From an uncultured Dehalococcoidales bacterium (lineage in GTDB: Bacteria; Chloroflexota; Dehalococcoidia; Dehalococcoidales; UBA5760): 24,579 bases of DNA. Below the pieces are notes generated by a model. The model saw only the letters and a list, made by a program, of their open reading frames with translations, had not been told where the DNA came from and searched no databases. This document shows positions 16,997 to 24,579 of the stretch, one piece after another (the stretch's first letter is position 1; the number at the start of each line of letters is the position of its first letter). The stretch is from assembly GCA_964644205.1 (NCBI GenBank), contig CAZXVG010000001.1, positions 1 through 24,579 of the forward strand. Reading direction: 5' to 3'. The position numbers and the translations under genes are program-made.

Positions 16997-17235
16997 CATT
17001 TTGGGGCTTGCTTTTAGCCAAAGAGGCGGTGTCAGTCACGCTGGTACCGAGAAGCCTGGCTAACGCTTCCCGGGTATTGAAGGCGTCGTGGGTGGTGACG
17101 ATGGCTCTTGCCTGGTGAACCGGCGTATGCCCGGCGAACAGGGTCTCTAGACTCCGTCCCCTGGTAATAGCTCCGCCTCATCTCCGGTTCCCGGCCCTTC
17201 CGGGGGCCCATCGAGCCCGGCGGCTTACCCTGCCG

Positions 17236-17655
17236 TTAGCTAGCCGGTTCTATCGTTACCGTGAATATCTGGTCTTTGAGCGGTGCGCCCCCGCCGACCA
17301 GTTGGTAGGAAATCGTCACCTCTGTCTCCCCGGGCTGAAGCGCCTGGAAGCGGGCCAGACTGACCACAGACGGGCCAACCAGTGGGCAATAGCCGGGAGC
17401 AATGGAGCAGGCGCTTTCCCCCGATACGCAGGTAGCACACACCGTCTCCTTCAGCTCGAGCAGGGTCTCATCGTAGTGCTGCTCCCAGGTGGTGGGGTCG
17501 GAACAGGCGAGTTCCACGGCTATATTGAACTCCTGCCCTGCCTCTACGGTAACGGGGATGCTCGGGTCCGTGTAAGTATTTATAGTGCCTCCCGCACAGC
17601 CGACCAGTGGCCAGATGCCGACCAGGGCCGCTAACAGTAAAAGTGGTTTCCTCAT
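17236..17655 (-). CDS. lipoprotein with chagasin/I42-like Ig fold and Cys-rich insert
   Basis: Signal peptide with lipobox LVGC; VTVEAGQEFNIAV...DPTTW...RFQALQPGETEVTISY...FTVTI follows the I42 pattern; GGAGG RBS. Confidence 0.7.
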   Translation of the reverse strand: MRKPLLLLAALVGIWPLVGCAGGTINTYTDPSIPVTVEAGQEFNIAVELACSDPTTWEQHYDETLLELKETVCATCVSGESACSIAPGYCPLVGPSVVSLARFQALQPGETEVTISYQLVGGGAPLKDQIFTVTIEPAS

Positions 17656-17667
17656 TCTTGGTCCTCC

Positions 17668-17695
17668 ATATTTACTACAATATATTTACTACAAT
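17668..17695. repeat. perfect 14-bp tandem duplication (ATATTTACTACAAT x2)
   Basis: 17668-17681 equals 17682-17695, abutting the GGAGG RBS of the lipoprotein gene. Confidence 0.9.
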
Positions 17696-17725
17696 AGAGT
17701 AAGCAGCCAATATCTCGGAGTGCTC

Positions 17726-17911
17726 TTAGGTCTTTTTGACTGCCGCCTTCACCTTCCTGGTCATCTCCGGAGACTTTAGCTGTTCCTCGGTGAGTCCGTG
17801 AGACTCTCTGCCGTGCTGTTTTGCCTTCTCGATTACCTCCTGTTCGGTATCACCCTCGGCGACAAACGGGCAATGAAATCCTACCTGGCTACAGGCGAAC
17901 TTGTAGGGCAT
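17726..17911 (-). CDS. DUF1059 small putative metal-binding protein
   Basis: FACSQVGFHC (CxxxGxxC), AEGDTEQEV, HGRESH (HxxxxH); AAGGAGG RBS. Confidence 0.88.
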   Translation of the reverse strand: MPYKFACSQVGFHCPFVAEGDTEQEVIEKAKQHGRESHGLTEEQLKSPEMTRKVKAAVKKT

Positions 17912-17975
17912 GTTTCCCTCCTTGGCTGTTTATTCGGTGCGATTTGCGCTCCCAGGTCGTTAAAGACCTAAATCG

Positions 17976-18040
17976 AATCTACTATAAGAACGATAAAAAA
18001 GTCATAAACTTGGCCGTGAAATAGTTACAAACTTGTAACA
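17976..18040 (-). promoter_or_regulatory. 65-bp shared promoter module, copy 7 (DUF1059-lipoprotein)
   Basis: Minus strand reads TGTTACAAGTTTGTAACTATTTCACGGCCAAGTTTATGACTTTTTTATCGTTCTTATAGTAGATT; -10 TAGATT. Confidence 0.78.
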
Positions 18041-18105
18041 TCTCGTCTCGGTAGCTTCGACCGTGTCGTGGCTGCCCCGTCTCGGGGGTTGGTTGGGAGG
18101 GGGGG

Positions 18106-18696
18106 TCAAAAGGCTAAAGTTCGGGAGCGCTCCCTTTTCCGGTAGAAGTAGCCGGCCGCCAGCCCGAAGGCCAGACCGCCCAGGTGGGCCTGCCAGGCGA
18201 CGTTGGGCAGCAGGGAAAGAATCACAAAGCCACCCACCACCGCCCCCCACAGGGGTACCGGGACGGGCACCGGGAAGATTATCACCCTTAGCTTCGGCCT
18301 CATCACGGCCAGGGCCCCGCCCACGGCGAAGACTGCTCCCGAGGCACCGACAGCTATGGAGAGGGGTGGGGCCAAGAGCACGTACATCAGGCTGCCCATG
18401 AGGCCGCCGATGAAGTAGACAATAAGGAAGCCCCTGGAGCCGATGAGCAGCTGCAGGTTCTTCCCGAAGAAATAGAGGGTAATCATGTTGCCCAAGATAT
18501 GGCCGAGGCTGGCGTGCAGGAAGAGGCTGGTGAACAGCGTCCATGGTCTGAATGCGACATATAGGGGAACGAGACCGAAGGCCAGAATTATCTGGGGACT
18601 AGCCAGGCCGACGATGAATAGTATCACGTTGAGCCCGATGAGTAACCATACCGGGCTGAGTCCCCTTCGTTGGCGCGGCTGATAGGCTCTATACAC
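18106..18696 (-). CDS. rhomboid family intramembrane serine protease
   Basis: PWTLFTSLFLH, HILGNM, catalytic GASGA and AHLGG. Start moved to in-frame GTG 18696 (MYRAYQ) because the longer ORF would overlap the divergent fba gene. Confidence 0.9.
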   Translation of the reverse strand: MYRAYQPRQRRGLSPVWLLIGLNVILFIVGLASPQIILAFGLVPLYVAFRPWTLFTSLFLHASLGHILGNMITLYFFGKNLQLLIGSRGFLIVYFIGGLMGSLMYVLLAPPLSIAVGASGAVFAVGGALAVMRPKLRVIIFPVPVPVPLWGAVVGGFVILSLLPNVAWQAHLGGLAFGLAAGYFYRKRERSRTLAF

Positions 18697-18765
18697 CCCA
18701 ATATGATAAACGGGGAGAGACCGCCATAGCAAATACCTGTCTAAATACCTTCGCTTATGGCATTG

Positions 18766-18774
18766 TGGTAAAAT
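18766..18774 (+). promoter_or_regulatory. extended -10 (TGGTAAAAT) for fba
   Basis: TGn-TAAAAT 30 bp upstream of the ATG. Confidence 0.45.
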
Positions 18775-18804
18775 GGTTAAGATTACAGTAAAGGTGGTGG
18801 TAAA

Positions 18805-20094
18805 ATGAAAGCAGAGAAACAACCGGGTGGCGGCCAGGCTGTCCCCGGGGACAGGATAGGCAGCCTGGTAAAAGAGGCCGTCTTCGGTGCCGATGACCGG
18901 GCGAAAGAAGAGCACCGGCGGCTGATTCGCGAGATGGCTTTCGATTGGGGGGCCTATCCGGCCAGCATTCAGGGCTTATACCAGGCGGCGGGCAAGGGGC
19001 TCTATCACGGCATCACCGTCCCGGCGATTAATATCCGCGGGCTTACCTATCAGGTAGCCAGAGCCGTTTTCCGGGCGGCGCGAAAACACAAGACCGGCGC
19101 CTTTATCTTTGAGATTGCGCGCTCCGAGATAGGCTATACCAAACAGAGGCCGATGGAGTATACCGCCTGCCTGCTGGCGGCGGCGGTCAGGGAGGGGTTC
19201 CGGGGGCCTGTTTTTATTCAGGGAGACCACTTTCAGTTCAATCGGGGTAAATACCGCTCGGAACCGGAAAGCGAAATAAATGCCATCAAGCAGTTGATAG
19301 AGGAGGCGGTAAACGCCGGGTTTCTGAATATCGATATCGACGCCTCCACCCTGGTCGATTTGGAGAAGCCGAGCCTTGAGGAGCAGCAGCGGGACAACTG
19401 CCTGGTCACCGCGGATATGACCCGGTTTATCCGCGGCATTGAGCCGGAGGGAGTGACCATCTCGGTCGGCGGCGAAATCGGGGAGGTGGGCAAGAGAAAC
19501 AGCACCGTGGAAGACCTCAGGGTCTTTATGACCGGGTATCTCGCCGAGCTGGGCTCGGGTATAGCGGGCATATCCAAAATCAGCGTGCAGACCGGGACGA
19601 CGCACGGCGGGGTGGTCTTACCCGACGGGTCGATTGCTAAGGTCAAGCTCGATTTTGAGACGCTTGGGAGGCTGTCTCAGGCGGCCCGTGAGGAGTACGG
19701 CCTGAGCGGCGCGGTACAGCACGGGGCGTCTACCCTCTCCGACGATGCCTTTGATATGTTCCCCAAGGTGGGGGCGGCGGAGGTTCACCTGGCCACCGGG
19801 TTTCAGAATGCCATCTACGACAGCCCCTATTTCCCCGGGGATTTGCTGCAGAGGATAAACCGGCACCTTCTGGAGAACTACCAGGGTGAGCGAAAGCCGG
19901 AGGATACCGAGGACCAGTTCCTGTATAAGACGCGGAAGAAGGCATGGGGTGATTTCAAGAAGGAGATATGGAGCATCCCGGAAGAGAGCCTCAGGGAGAT
20001 AGGGGAGACGCTTGAGGAGCGCTTTTCCCTACTCTTTCGCAAGCTGAACGTGGTGGAAACCGTCGACCTGGTCGGTCGGTTCGTTGCCAGGTGA
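18805..20094 (+). CDS. fba: class II fructose-bisphosphate aldolase (long form)
   Basis: TVPAINIRG, IQGDHFQ, IDIDAS, EIGEVG, TGTTHGG, VQHGAS; three metal-ligand His present. Confidence 0.85.
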   Translation: MKAEKQPGGGQAVPGDRIGSLVKEAVFGADDRAKEEHRRLIREMAFDWGAYPASIQGLYQAAGKGLYHGITVPAINIRGLTYQVARAVFRAARKHKTGAFIFEIARSEIGYTKQRPMEYTACLLAAAVREGFRGPVFIQGDHFQFNRGKYRSEPESEINAIKQLIEEAVNAGFLNIDIDASTLVDLEKPSLEEQQRDNCLVTADMTRFIRGIEPEGVTISVGGEIGEVGKRNSTVEDLRVFMTGYLAELGSGIAGISKISVQTGTTHGGVVLPDGSIAKVKLDFETLGRLSQAAREEYGLSGAVQHGASTLSDDAFDMFPKVGAAEVHLATGFQNAIYDSPYFPGDLLQRINRHLLENYQGERKPEDTEDQFLYKTRKKAWGDFKKEIWSIPEESLREIGETLEERFSLLFRKLNVVETVDLVGRFVAR

Positions 20095-20121
20095 CCCCGT
20101 ATCGGGACAGGCCTCGGGTGC

Positions 20122-21117
20122 CTAGCCGAATAGACTCAGTTTATCCAGCCGCTCGAAGTTGTGGATGGCGTCAATCCAGCGGACGGTGCCGGAGCGGGAG
20201 CGCATGGCGATGGACTGGGTCTGGGCCCCCCTGCTGAAGTAGCGTACCCCCTTGAGCAGTTCGCCGCTGCTGACGCCGGTAGCGGCGAAGAATACCTCGT
20301 CGCCCTTTATCAGGTCCTCGGTGCGGTAGACCTTGTCCAGGTCGATGCCGGCCGCCTCCGCTGCTTGGGTCTCCTGCTCGTTACGCGGCCACGCCTTACA
20401 CTGAATAATGCCCCCGATGCAGTGGATGGCCGCGGCGGTAAGCACCCCCTCGGGGGTGCCCCCGATACCCATGAGCACGTCGGTGCCGGTTTCGGGGAGC
20501 GCCGCCTGCAGGCCGGCGACGATGTCTCCGTCGGGGATTAGCTTGACCCGGGCCCCGGCCTCCCGGATTTCCCTAAGTAGCTGCTCGTGGCGCGGCCTGT
20601 CCAGGACCACCACGGTTAAATCCGCTACCTTTCGCCTCTTGGCCCGGGCGATGTTTGCTAGGTTATCGGCCACGGGAGCAGTGATGTCGATGACGTCTTT
20701 GGCCTCGTGTCCGGTCACTATCTTGTCCATGTAGACGCAGTGTCGGGGACACTCCATGGTGCCTCTGCCGGCCAGGGCCACCACCGAGATGGCCCCGGGG
20801 AGACCCTTGGCGACCAGCGAGGTGCCGTCGATAGGGTCGACGGCGACGTCGACCTGCGGCTCGCTGCCGTCGCCGATGCGTTCCCCGATATAGAGCATGG
20901 GGGCCTCGTCCTTCTCTCCCTCCCCGATGACTACTACCCCGTCCATGCGGACACAGTTCAAGACGGAACGCATGGCGTCTACCGCCGCCTGGTCGACCAT
21001 CTCTTTGTCACCCATCCCCATGTGACGGGCCGCCGTCATGGCGGCGGCCTCGGTGACCCGCACCAGCTCCATGGCGATGTTTCTCTCAATAGGCTGACAG
21101 GATGGCATTGCTTTCAT
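20122..21117 (-). CDS. glpX: class II fructose-1,6-bisphosphatase
   Basis: ELVRVTEAAA, VIGEGEKDEAPMLY, VDPIDGT, MDKI, LDRPRH, GIGGTPEGV, FAATGVSSG. The start may instead be ATG 21108. Confidence 0.95.
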   Translation of the reverse strand: MKAMPSCQPIERNIAMELVRVTEAAAMTAARHMGMGDKEMVDQAAVDAMRSVLNCVRMDGVVVIGEGEKDEAPMLYIGERIGDGSEPQVDVAVDPIDGTSLVAKGLPGAISVVALAGRGTMECPRHCVYMDKIVTGHEAKDVIDITAPVADNLANIARAKRRKVADLTVVVLDRPRHEQLLREIREAGARVKLIPDGDIVAGLQAALPETGTDVLMGIGGTPEGVLTAAAIHCIGGIIQCKAWPRNEQETQAAEAAGIDLDKVYRTEDLIKGDEVFFAATGVSSGELLKGVRYFSRGAQTQSIAMRSRSGTVRWIDAIHNFERLDKLSLFG

Positions 21118-21195
21118 AGTAATAATCCCCTTCTCAGGTTTATTATCGAATCCAGCATACTACATCTTGGCCAGCGGGGCAATCCTGATTGAGCG

Positions 21196-21687
21196 TTATC
21201 CGTCTTTGTCTCTTCCCGGGCTGTGCGGCATTACTGCCTTGGGGAGGCTGCGGCGCCGGGTAAGTCCTCTATCCTGTTTGCCCTTTTTCGGGGAGTGGGC
21301 CTTCGGGGGTCTGGCGGCGGTAAGCTTATCAATGGTGCTCAGCAGCTCTTCCGAGTTAAAGGGCTTGGTTATGTAGCCGTCAGCCCCCATCATTTCACCG
21401 AGCTTCACGTTGAGCGGCTGGTTTATGGCGGTAAGCATGACTACGGGAATGGCTCTGGTTTCCGGGTCTTTCTTGATGGCGTAGCAGCTGTGGTAGCCGT
21501 CCATTCTGGGCATCATGATGTCCATCAGGATGAGGTCCGGCCTCTGGCTGGTGGCCATTAGTACCGCCTCCTCGCCGTCGCTGGCCTCGATTACCACGTA
21601 GTGCTTACCGAGCAGCCTGCGGAGCAGCTTTATCACGGTCGGTTCGTCGTCAACGATGAGTACCTTTTTCTTGGCTGTCTTGCTCAT
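21196..21687 (-). CDS. single-domain response regulator with basic low-complexity C-terminal tail
   Basis: VLIVDDE, LILMDIMMP, MLTA, YITKPF, then about 40 Lys/Arg/Pro-rich residues. Confidence 0.88.
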   Translation of the reverse strand: MSKTAKKKVLIVDDEPTVIKLLRRLLGKHYVVIEASDGEEAVLMATSQRPDLILMDIMMPRMDGYHSCYAIKKDPETRAIPVVMLTAINQPLNVKLGEMMGADGYITKPFNSEELLSTIDKLTAARPPKAHSPKKGKQDRGLTRRRSLPKAVMPHSPGRDKDG

Positions 21688-21700
21688 TTGCGGGCGACCT

Positions 21701-22735
21701 CTATTCCGTTTGTCCCGGTATTTTCTCGGTGATAGGTATCCTGGGCATGCTGAAGAAGGCCTTGACCACTGCCGGGTCGAACTGACTGCCGCTGCATCGT
21801 TTGATTTCGGCTTTGGCCGCGGCTAGCGACATCCCCGAACGATAGGGGCGGTTGGAGGTCATGGCGTCGAAGGCGTCGGCCACGGCCAGGATTCTGGCCC
21901 CCAGCGGTATCTGCTCGCCCTTTACCGTTTGCTCATGGCCGGTGCCATCGTAGTGGTCGTGGTGGTGAGAGATGATTTCGACTATCTTATCATCCACCAG
22001 CGGGCTGACGATGTGGGGGCCTATCTGGGCGTGAACCATAACCCGCCGGTACTCGTCGGAGGTGAGCTTCCCCGGTTTATTCTGAACAGCCGGGTCAACC
22101 GCAATCTTGCCCACGTCGTGGAGCAGGCTTCCCCAGTACAGGCGTTCCATTTCATCCTCGGGGAGGCCGAGCTGGCTCCCGATCTCCATGGCTATCCTGT
22201 TTACCGACCTTGAGTGTCCGGCGGTATACTTGTCCTTAGCCTCGAGGGCAAAGATAAGCGACTCGATGGCCCCCAGGAAAATCCTCCGAATCTCCCCCGT
22301 TTGCGCTTCGACCTTTTTCTCCAGTTGCTGTTGGTATTTCCTTATATCAAGCTCCAGCCTTTTTAACTCCAGGGCCCGGTTGACGCTCGTTAGAACCTCA
22401 TTGAGTTCGAAGGGTTTGCATATGTAGTCCTGAGCACCTTCCCTCATGCACTCGATGATGACGCTGGCTTCGATGACGGCAGTAGCCATGATAACCGCCG
22501 TGTTAGGGTATGTCGTTCTGATTTCGGGCAGTAGCTCGCGCCCGGATTTCCCCGGCATCATGATGTCAAGTATCACCAGGGCGGTTTGGTTGTTTTTTAG
22601 CTGGTCTAAGGCCTGTTCGGCGTTACCGGCTTCGAGGCAGTGGTAGCCCGCCCTGAGCAGCTTCTCTCTGAGAACCCTTCTCAGGGTCTCCTCGTCGTCA
22701 ACAATGAGTACGGTATCCTTGGTTGCGGTAACCAT
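21701..22735 (-). CDS. response regulator receiver + HD-GYP phosphohydrolase (RpfG-like)
   Basis: Receiver IVDDE/ILDIMMP/YICKPF; EAKDKYTAGHS, LLHDVGK, HHDHYDGTG, ARILAVADAFDAMTSNRPY. Confidence 0.92.
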   Translation of the reverse strand: MVTATKDTVLIVDDEETLRRVLREKLLRAGYHCLEAGNAEQALDQLKNNQTALVILDIMMPGKSGRELLPEIRTTYPNTAVIMATAVIEASVIIECMREGAQDYICKPFELNEVLTSVNRALELKRLELDIRKYQQQLEKKVEAQTGEIRRIFLGAIESLIFALEAKDKYTAGHSRSVNRIAMEIGSQLGLPEDEMERLYWGSLLHDVGKIAVDPAVQNKPGKLTSDEYRRVMVHAQIGPHIVSPLVDDKIVEIISHHHDHYDGTGHEQTVKGEQIPLGARILAVADAFDAMTSNRPYRSGMSLAAAKAEIKRCSGSQFDPAVVKAFFSMPRIPITEKIPGQTE

Positions 22736-22808
22736 TTTCTCACCACCTCCCTGAAACGTGATTATCGGTCGGTACCAGGTGTGGTACGGTCTTATATCGC
22801 CTTTTCGC

Positions 22809-23201
22809 TTATTTAGCGGACTTCTTAATGATTTTGATAAGCTCTTCGGGGGTAAACGGCTTGGGCAGGAACGGCCGGTTCACCCCCGCTAAGAAGTTTT
22901 TAATCTCCTCGCTCAATATATCACCGGTGGTGAAGATAACCCTGTCTGCCAGCGGCTTATGCTCGCTTTCCAGGTACCGGTAGAACTCTATGCCGTTCAT
23001 TTTGGGTAACCTGATATCGGTGAGACAGAGGTCATAGTCCTTCTTCCGGACCATGTTCCGGGCAATATCCCCGCTAGTGGCAACATCAACCTCAAATCCG
23101 TGGGCGGTGAGCACCCTGACGCATATCCGGGTGATTACCGGCTCGTCCTCAATCACCAGGATTCTTTTAGCCTTTTTCCCCTGTGCCCGAGACTGTTTCA
23201 C
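22809..23201 (-). CDS. single-domain response regulator
   Basis: ILVIEDE, LCLTDIRLP, FTTG, FLPKPF; 4-bp overlap with the upstream kinase stop. Confidence 0.9.
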   Translation of the reverse strand: MKQSRAQGKKAKRILVIEDEPVITRICVRVLTAHGFEVDVATSGDIARNMVRKKDYDLCLTDIRLPKMNGIEFYRYLESEHKPLADRVIFTTGDILSEEIKNFLAGVNRPFLPKPFTPEELIKIIKKSAK

Positions 23202-24579
23202 GAGGTTTCTCCTGATTCTTCGTTGCTTATCGGCAGCTCCACGACAAAGGTAGCCCCCCTGTCCGGGTTATTCTGGGCGTATATCTTGCCGCCGTGTTCG
23301 GTCACTATCCCGTAGCAGATGCTGAGCCCCAGCCCGGTGCCTTTACCCACCTCTTTGGTGGTGAAGAAGGGGTCGAAGATATAGGCGAGGTTCTTGCGGG
23401 GAATCCCGGGCCCGTCGTCCCTGAAGGAGATCTTGATACTGCCGCCGGCCCTTTCGGCGGTGATGGTCAGGGTACCCTTTCCGTTGGCGTCTACCATGAC
23501 GCTTTCGGCATTGAGCACGATGTTAAGAAAGACCTGTTGCAGCTGGTGATAATCGGCCATAATCTCCGGGAGCTCGGGGTCGAGGCTTGTTTTAACCGTG
23601 ATGTCGTTCACCCGGTGCTCGTAGGCGCGTAGCTGCATGACGTCGTCGATGATATTGCTCACCTGGGTCATTTTTCTGACCGCGGTGTGCTTACGGGCAA
23701 AGGTGAGCATATTCCTCACGATGGCCGCCGCTCGCTTCGCCTCTTTATAGATGTCTCGGATGTCTTCGGCTATCTCATCTGGCATCTCACCGTTCAGCAT
23801 TACCTGAGATAGGCCGATAATACCGGTCAGCGGATTGTTGAGCTCGTGGGCCACGCCCGAGGCCATTTCGCCGATTGAAGCCAGGCGGTCGGTGAGATAC
23901 AGCCTCTCCTGCCTCTCGCTCTCCTCCGTTACGTCCTGGAAGATTATCAGGGTCTCCTTTTCCTGCATGGGGGTGATGCTGGCGACCAGCATTCGTTTCG
24001 AGTTATTGATGGGATAGCTGAACTTAAAGCCGCGGTTCGGCTGCTTGGTGGAATCAACCTTGGCTACCGCCTGCGCCAGGGAGGGCTCGCAGATGATGTC
24101 GTTCAGCTGCTTCCCTAAGACGTCGGATTCGTCCTGATGAAAGTATTCCTGGAAGGCTCTGTTGGCCAGCTTGATACCCTGGTCGCGCCCCAGTACCACT
24201 ATCGAGTTGGGTGAGGTCGACAGAATGCGGTCGATAAACTCCTTCTGGGCTATTAGTTTGGCTTCCGCCTCGCGGCGCTCGGTGATATCGCGGATAATGG
24301 CAAAAGCGCCCTCGATTACGCCTGGTTCGCGGTACAGGGGGCCGTAGTAGCCTTCAAAGAATCCCGCCCGGCCTGTTTCCGCTATGAAATACGGTTTCTC
24401 GGTAGCCACCGAGACCTTCCCCTTGAGGGCGTCTCCGAAGAGCTTGTCCTCGCCGGTTTCTTTGATGTGGGGAAACATATCGAAAGCACATTTCCCCAGC
24501 ACCTGTGACTTATTAACCCCGGAGATGCGTTCCATTCCCGGATTCCACAGGGTATAGTTGTAGTTAAGGTCGATGGCCA
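23198..24579 (-). CDS. PAS-PAS histidine kinase (5'-truncated by window edge)
   Basis: Frame stays open to the window end (AIDLNYNYTLWNPGMERISG, PAS). H-box AHELNNPL, N-box NIVLNAE, DDGPGI, IFDPFFTTK, GTGLGL. Confidence 0.92.
   Translation of the reverse strand, partial: AIDLNYNYTLWNPGMERISGVNKSQVLGKCAFDMFPHIKETGEDKLFGDALKGKVSVATEKPYFIAETGRAGFFEGYYGPLYREPGVIEGAFAIIRDITERREAEAKLIAQKEFIDRILSTSPNSIVVLGRDQGIKLANRAFQEYFHQDESDVLGKQLNDIICEPSLAQAVAKVDSTKQPNRGFKFSYPINNSKRMLVASITPMQEKETLIIFQDVTEESERQERLYLTDRLASIGEMASGVAHELNNPLTGIIGLSQVMLNGEMPDEIAEDIRDIYKEAKRAAAIVRNMLTFARKHTAVRKMTQVSNIIDDVMQLRAYEHRVNDITVKTSLDPELPEIMADYHQLQQVFLNIVLNAESVMVDANGKGTLTITAERAGGSIKISFRDDGPGIPRKNLAYIFDPFFTTKEVGKGTGLGLSICYGIVTEHGGKIYAQNNPDRGATFVVELPISNEESGETS

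Noticed and set aside
17004-17182. Short minus-strand frames between the lipoprotein and trehalose genes (MRRSYYQG..., 49 aa; ...ARAIVTTHDAFNTREALARLLG...)
   Set aside because: No recognisable family, and the more protein-like frame has no start codon; a gene remnant cannot be excluded without a tBLASTx search.
18084-18105. G-tract cluster after the rhomboid stop as a G-quadruplex
   Set aside because: Uneven tracts in a GC-rich genome; a single occurrence with no functional support.
18765-18807. GTGGTAAAATG repeated at 18765-18775 and 18797-18807
   Set aside because: Explained by an extended -10 and by the RBS/start region of fba; no evidence for an operator.
18697-18915. 73-codon N-terminal extension of the rhomboid ORF
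   Set aside because: It would overlap the divergent fba start and promoter; the in-frame GTG at 18696 gives a typical rhomboid length.
1-24579. CRISPR arrays, tRNA/rRNA, transposases, integrases, riboswitches
   Set aside because: No spaced repeat arrays, RNA-gene signatures or recombinase motifs seen by eye; an Infernal/Rfam scan would be needed to exclude small RNAs.

Overview
GC-rich bacterial chromosomal window, densely coding. The gene style suggests an anaerobe, possibly Dehalococcoidia/Chloroflexota, but this is inference only. Left to right it holds: a 2-oxoacid:ferredoxin oxidoreductase alpha/beta pair (alpha cut by the window edge); a usp-hsp20 pair; a stand-alone receiver converging on a soluble MEDS-4xPAS histidine kinase; a gerW/DUF2953/GerW-like trio; a ferritin-like gene; a split LigD module (DUF72, phosphoesterase, polymerase; no Ku or ligase in the window); an Lrp-ligand-domain/HesB-like/usp operon; a 1322-aa beta-PGM-like HAD + trehalose-6-P phosphatase + GH65 fusion; a Cys-rich chagasin-like lipoprotein; DUF1059; a rhomboid protease; class II FBP aldolase and GlpX; and a kinase/receiver/HD-GYP/receiver cluster cut by the right edge. 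No rRNA, tRNA, CRISPR or mobile element was seen. The main discovery is non-coding. Seven intergenic sites share a 65-bp promoter module aligned without gaps: TGTYAY-N6-KTHA-N16-TTTAYDAY-N6-AY-N11-T(A/T)nnnT, i.e. two pairs of 11-bp-period half-sites plus a -10 box. It resembles OmpR/PhoB-type activator-dependent promoters and lies upstream of most stress/dormancy genes, pointing to a co-regulated persistence regulon reminiscent in gene content of the mycobacterial DosR regulon.
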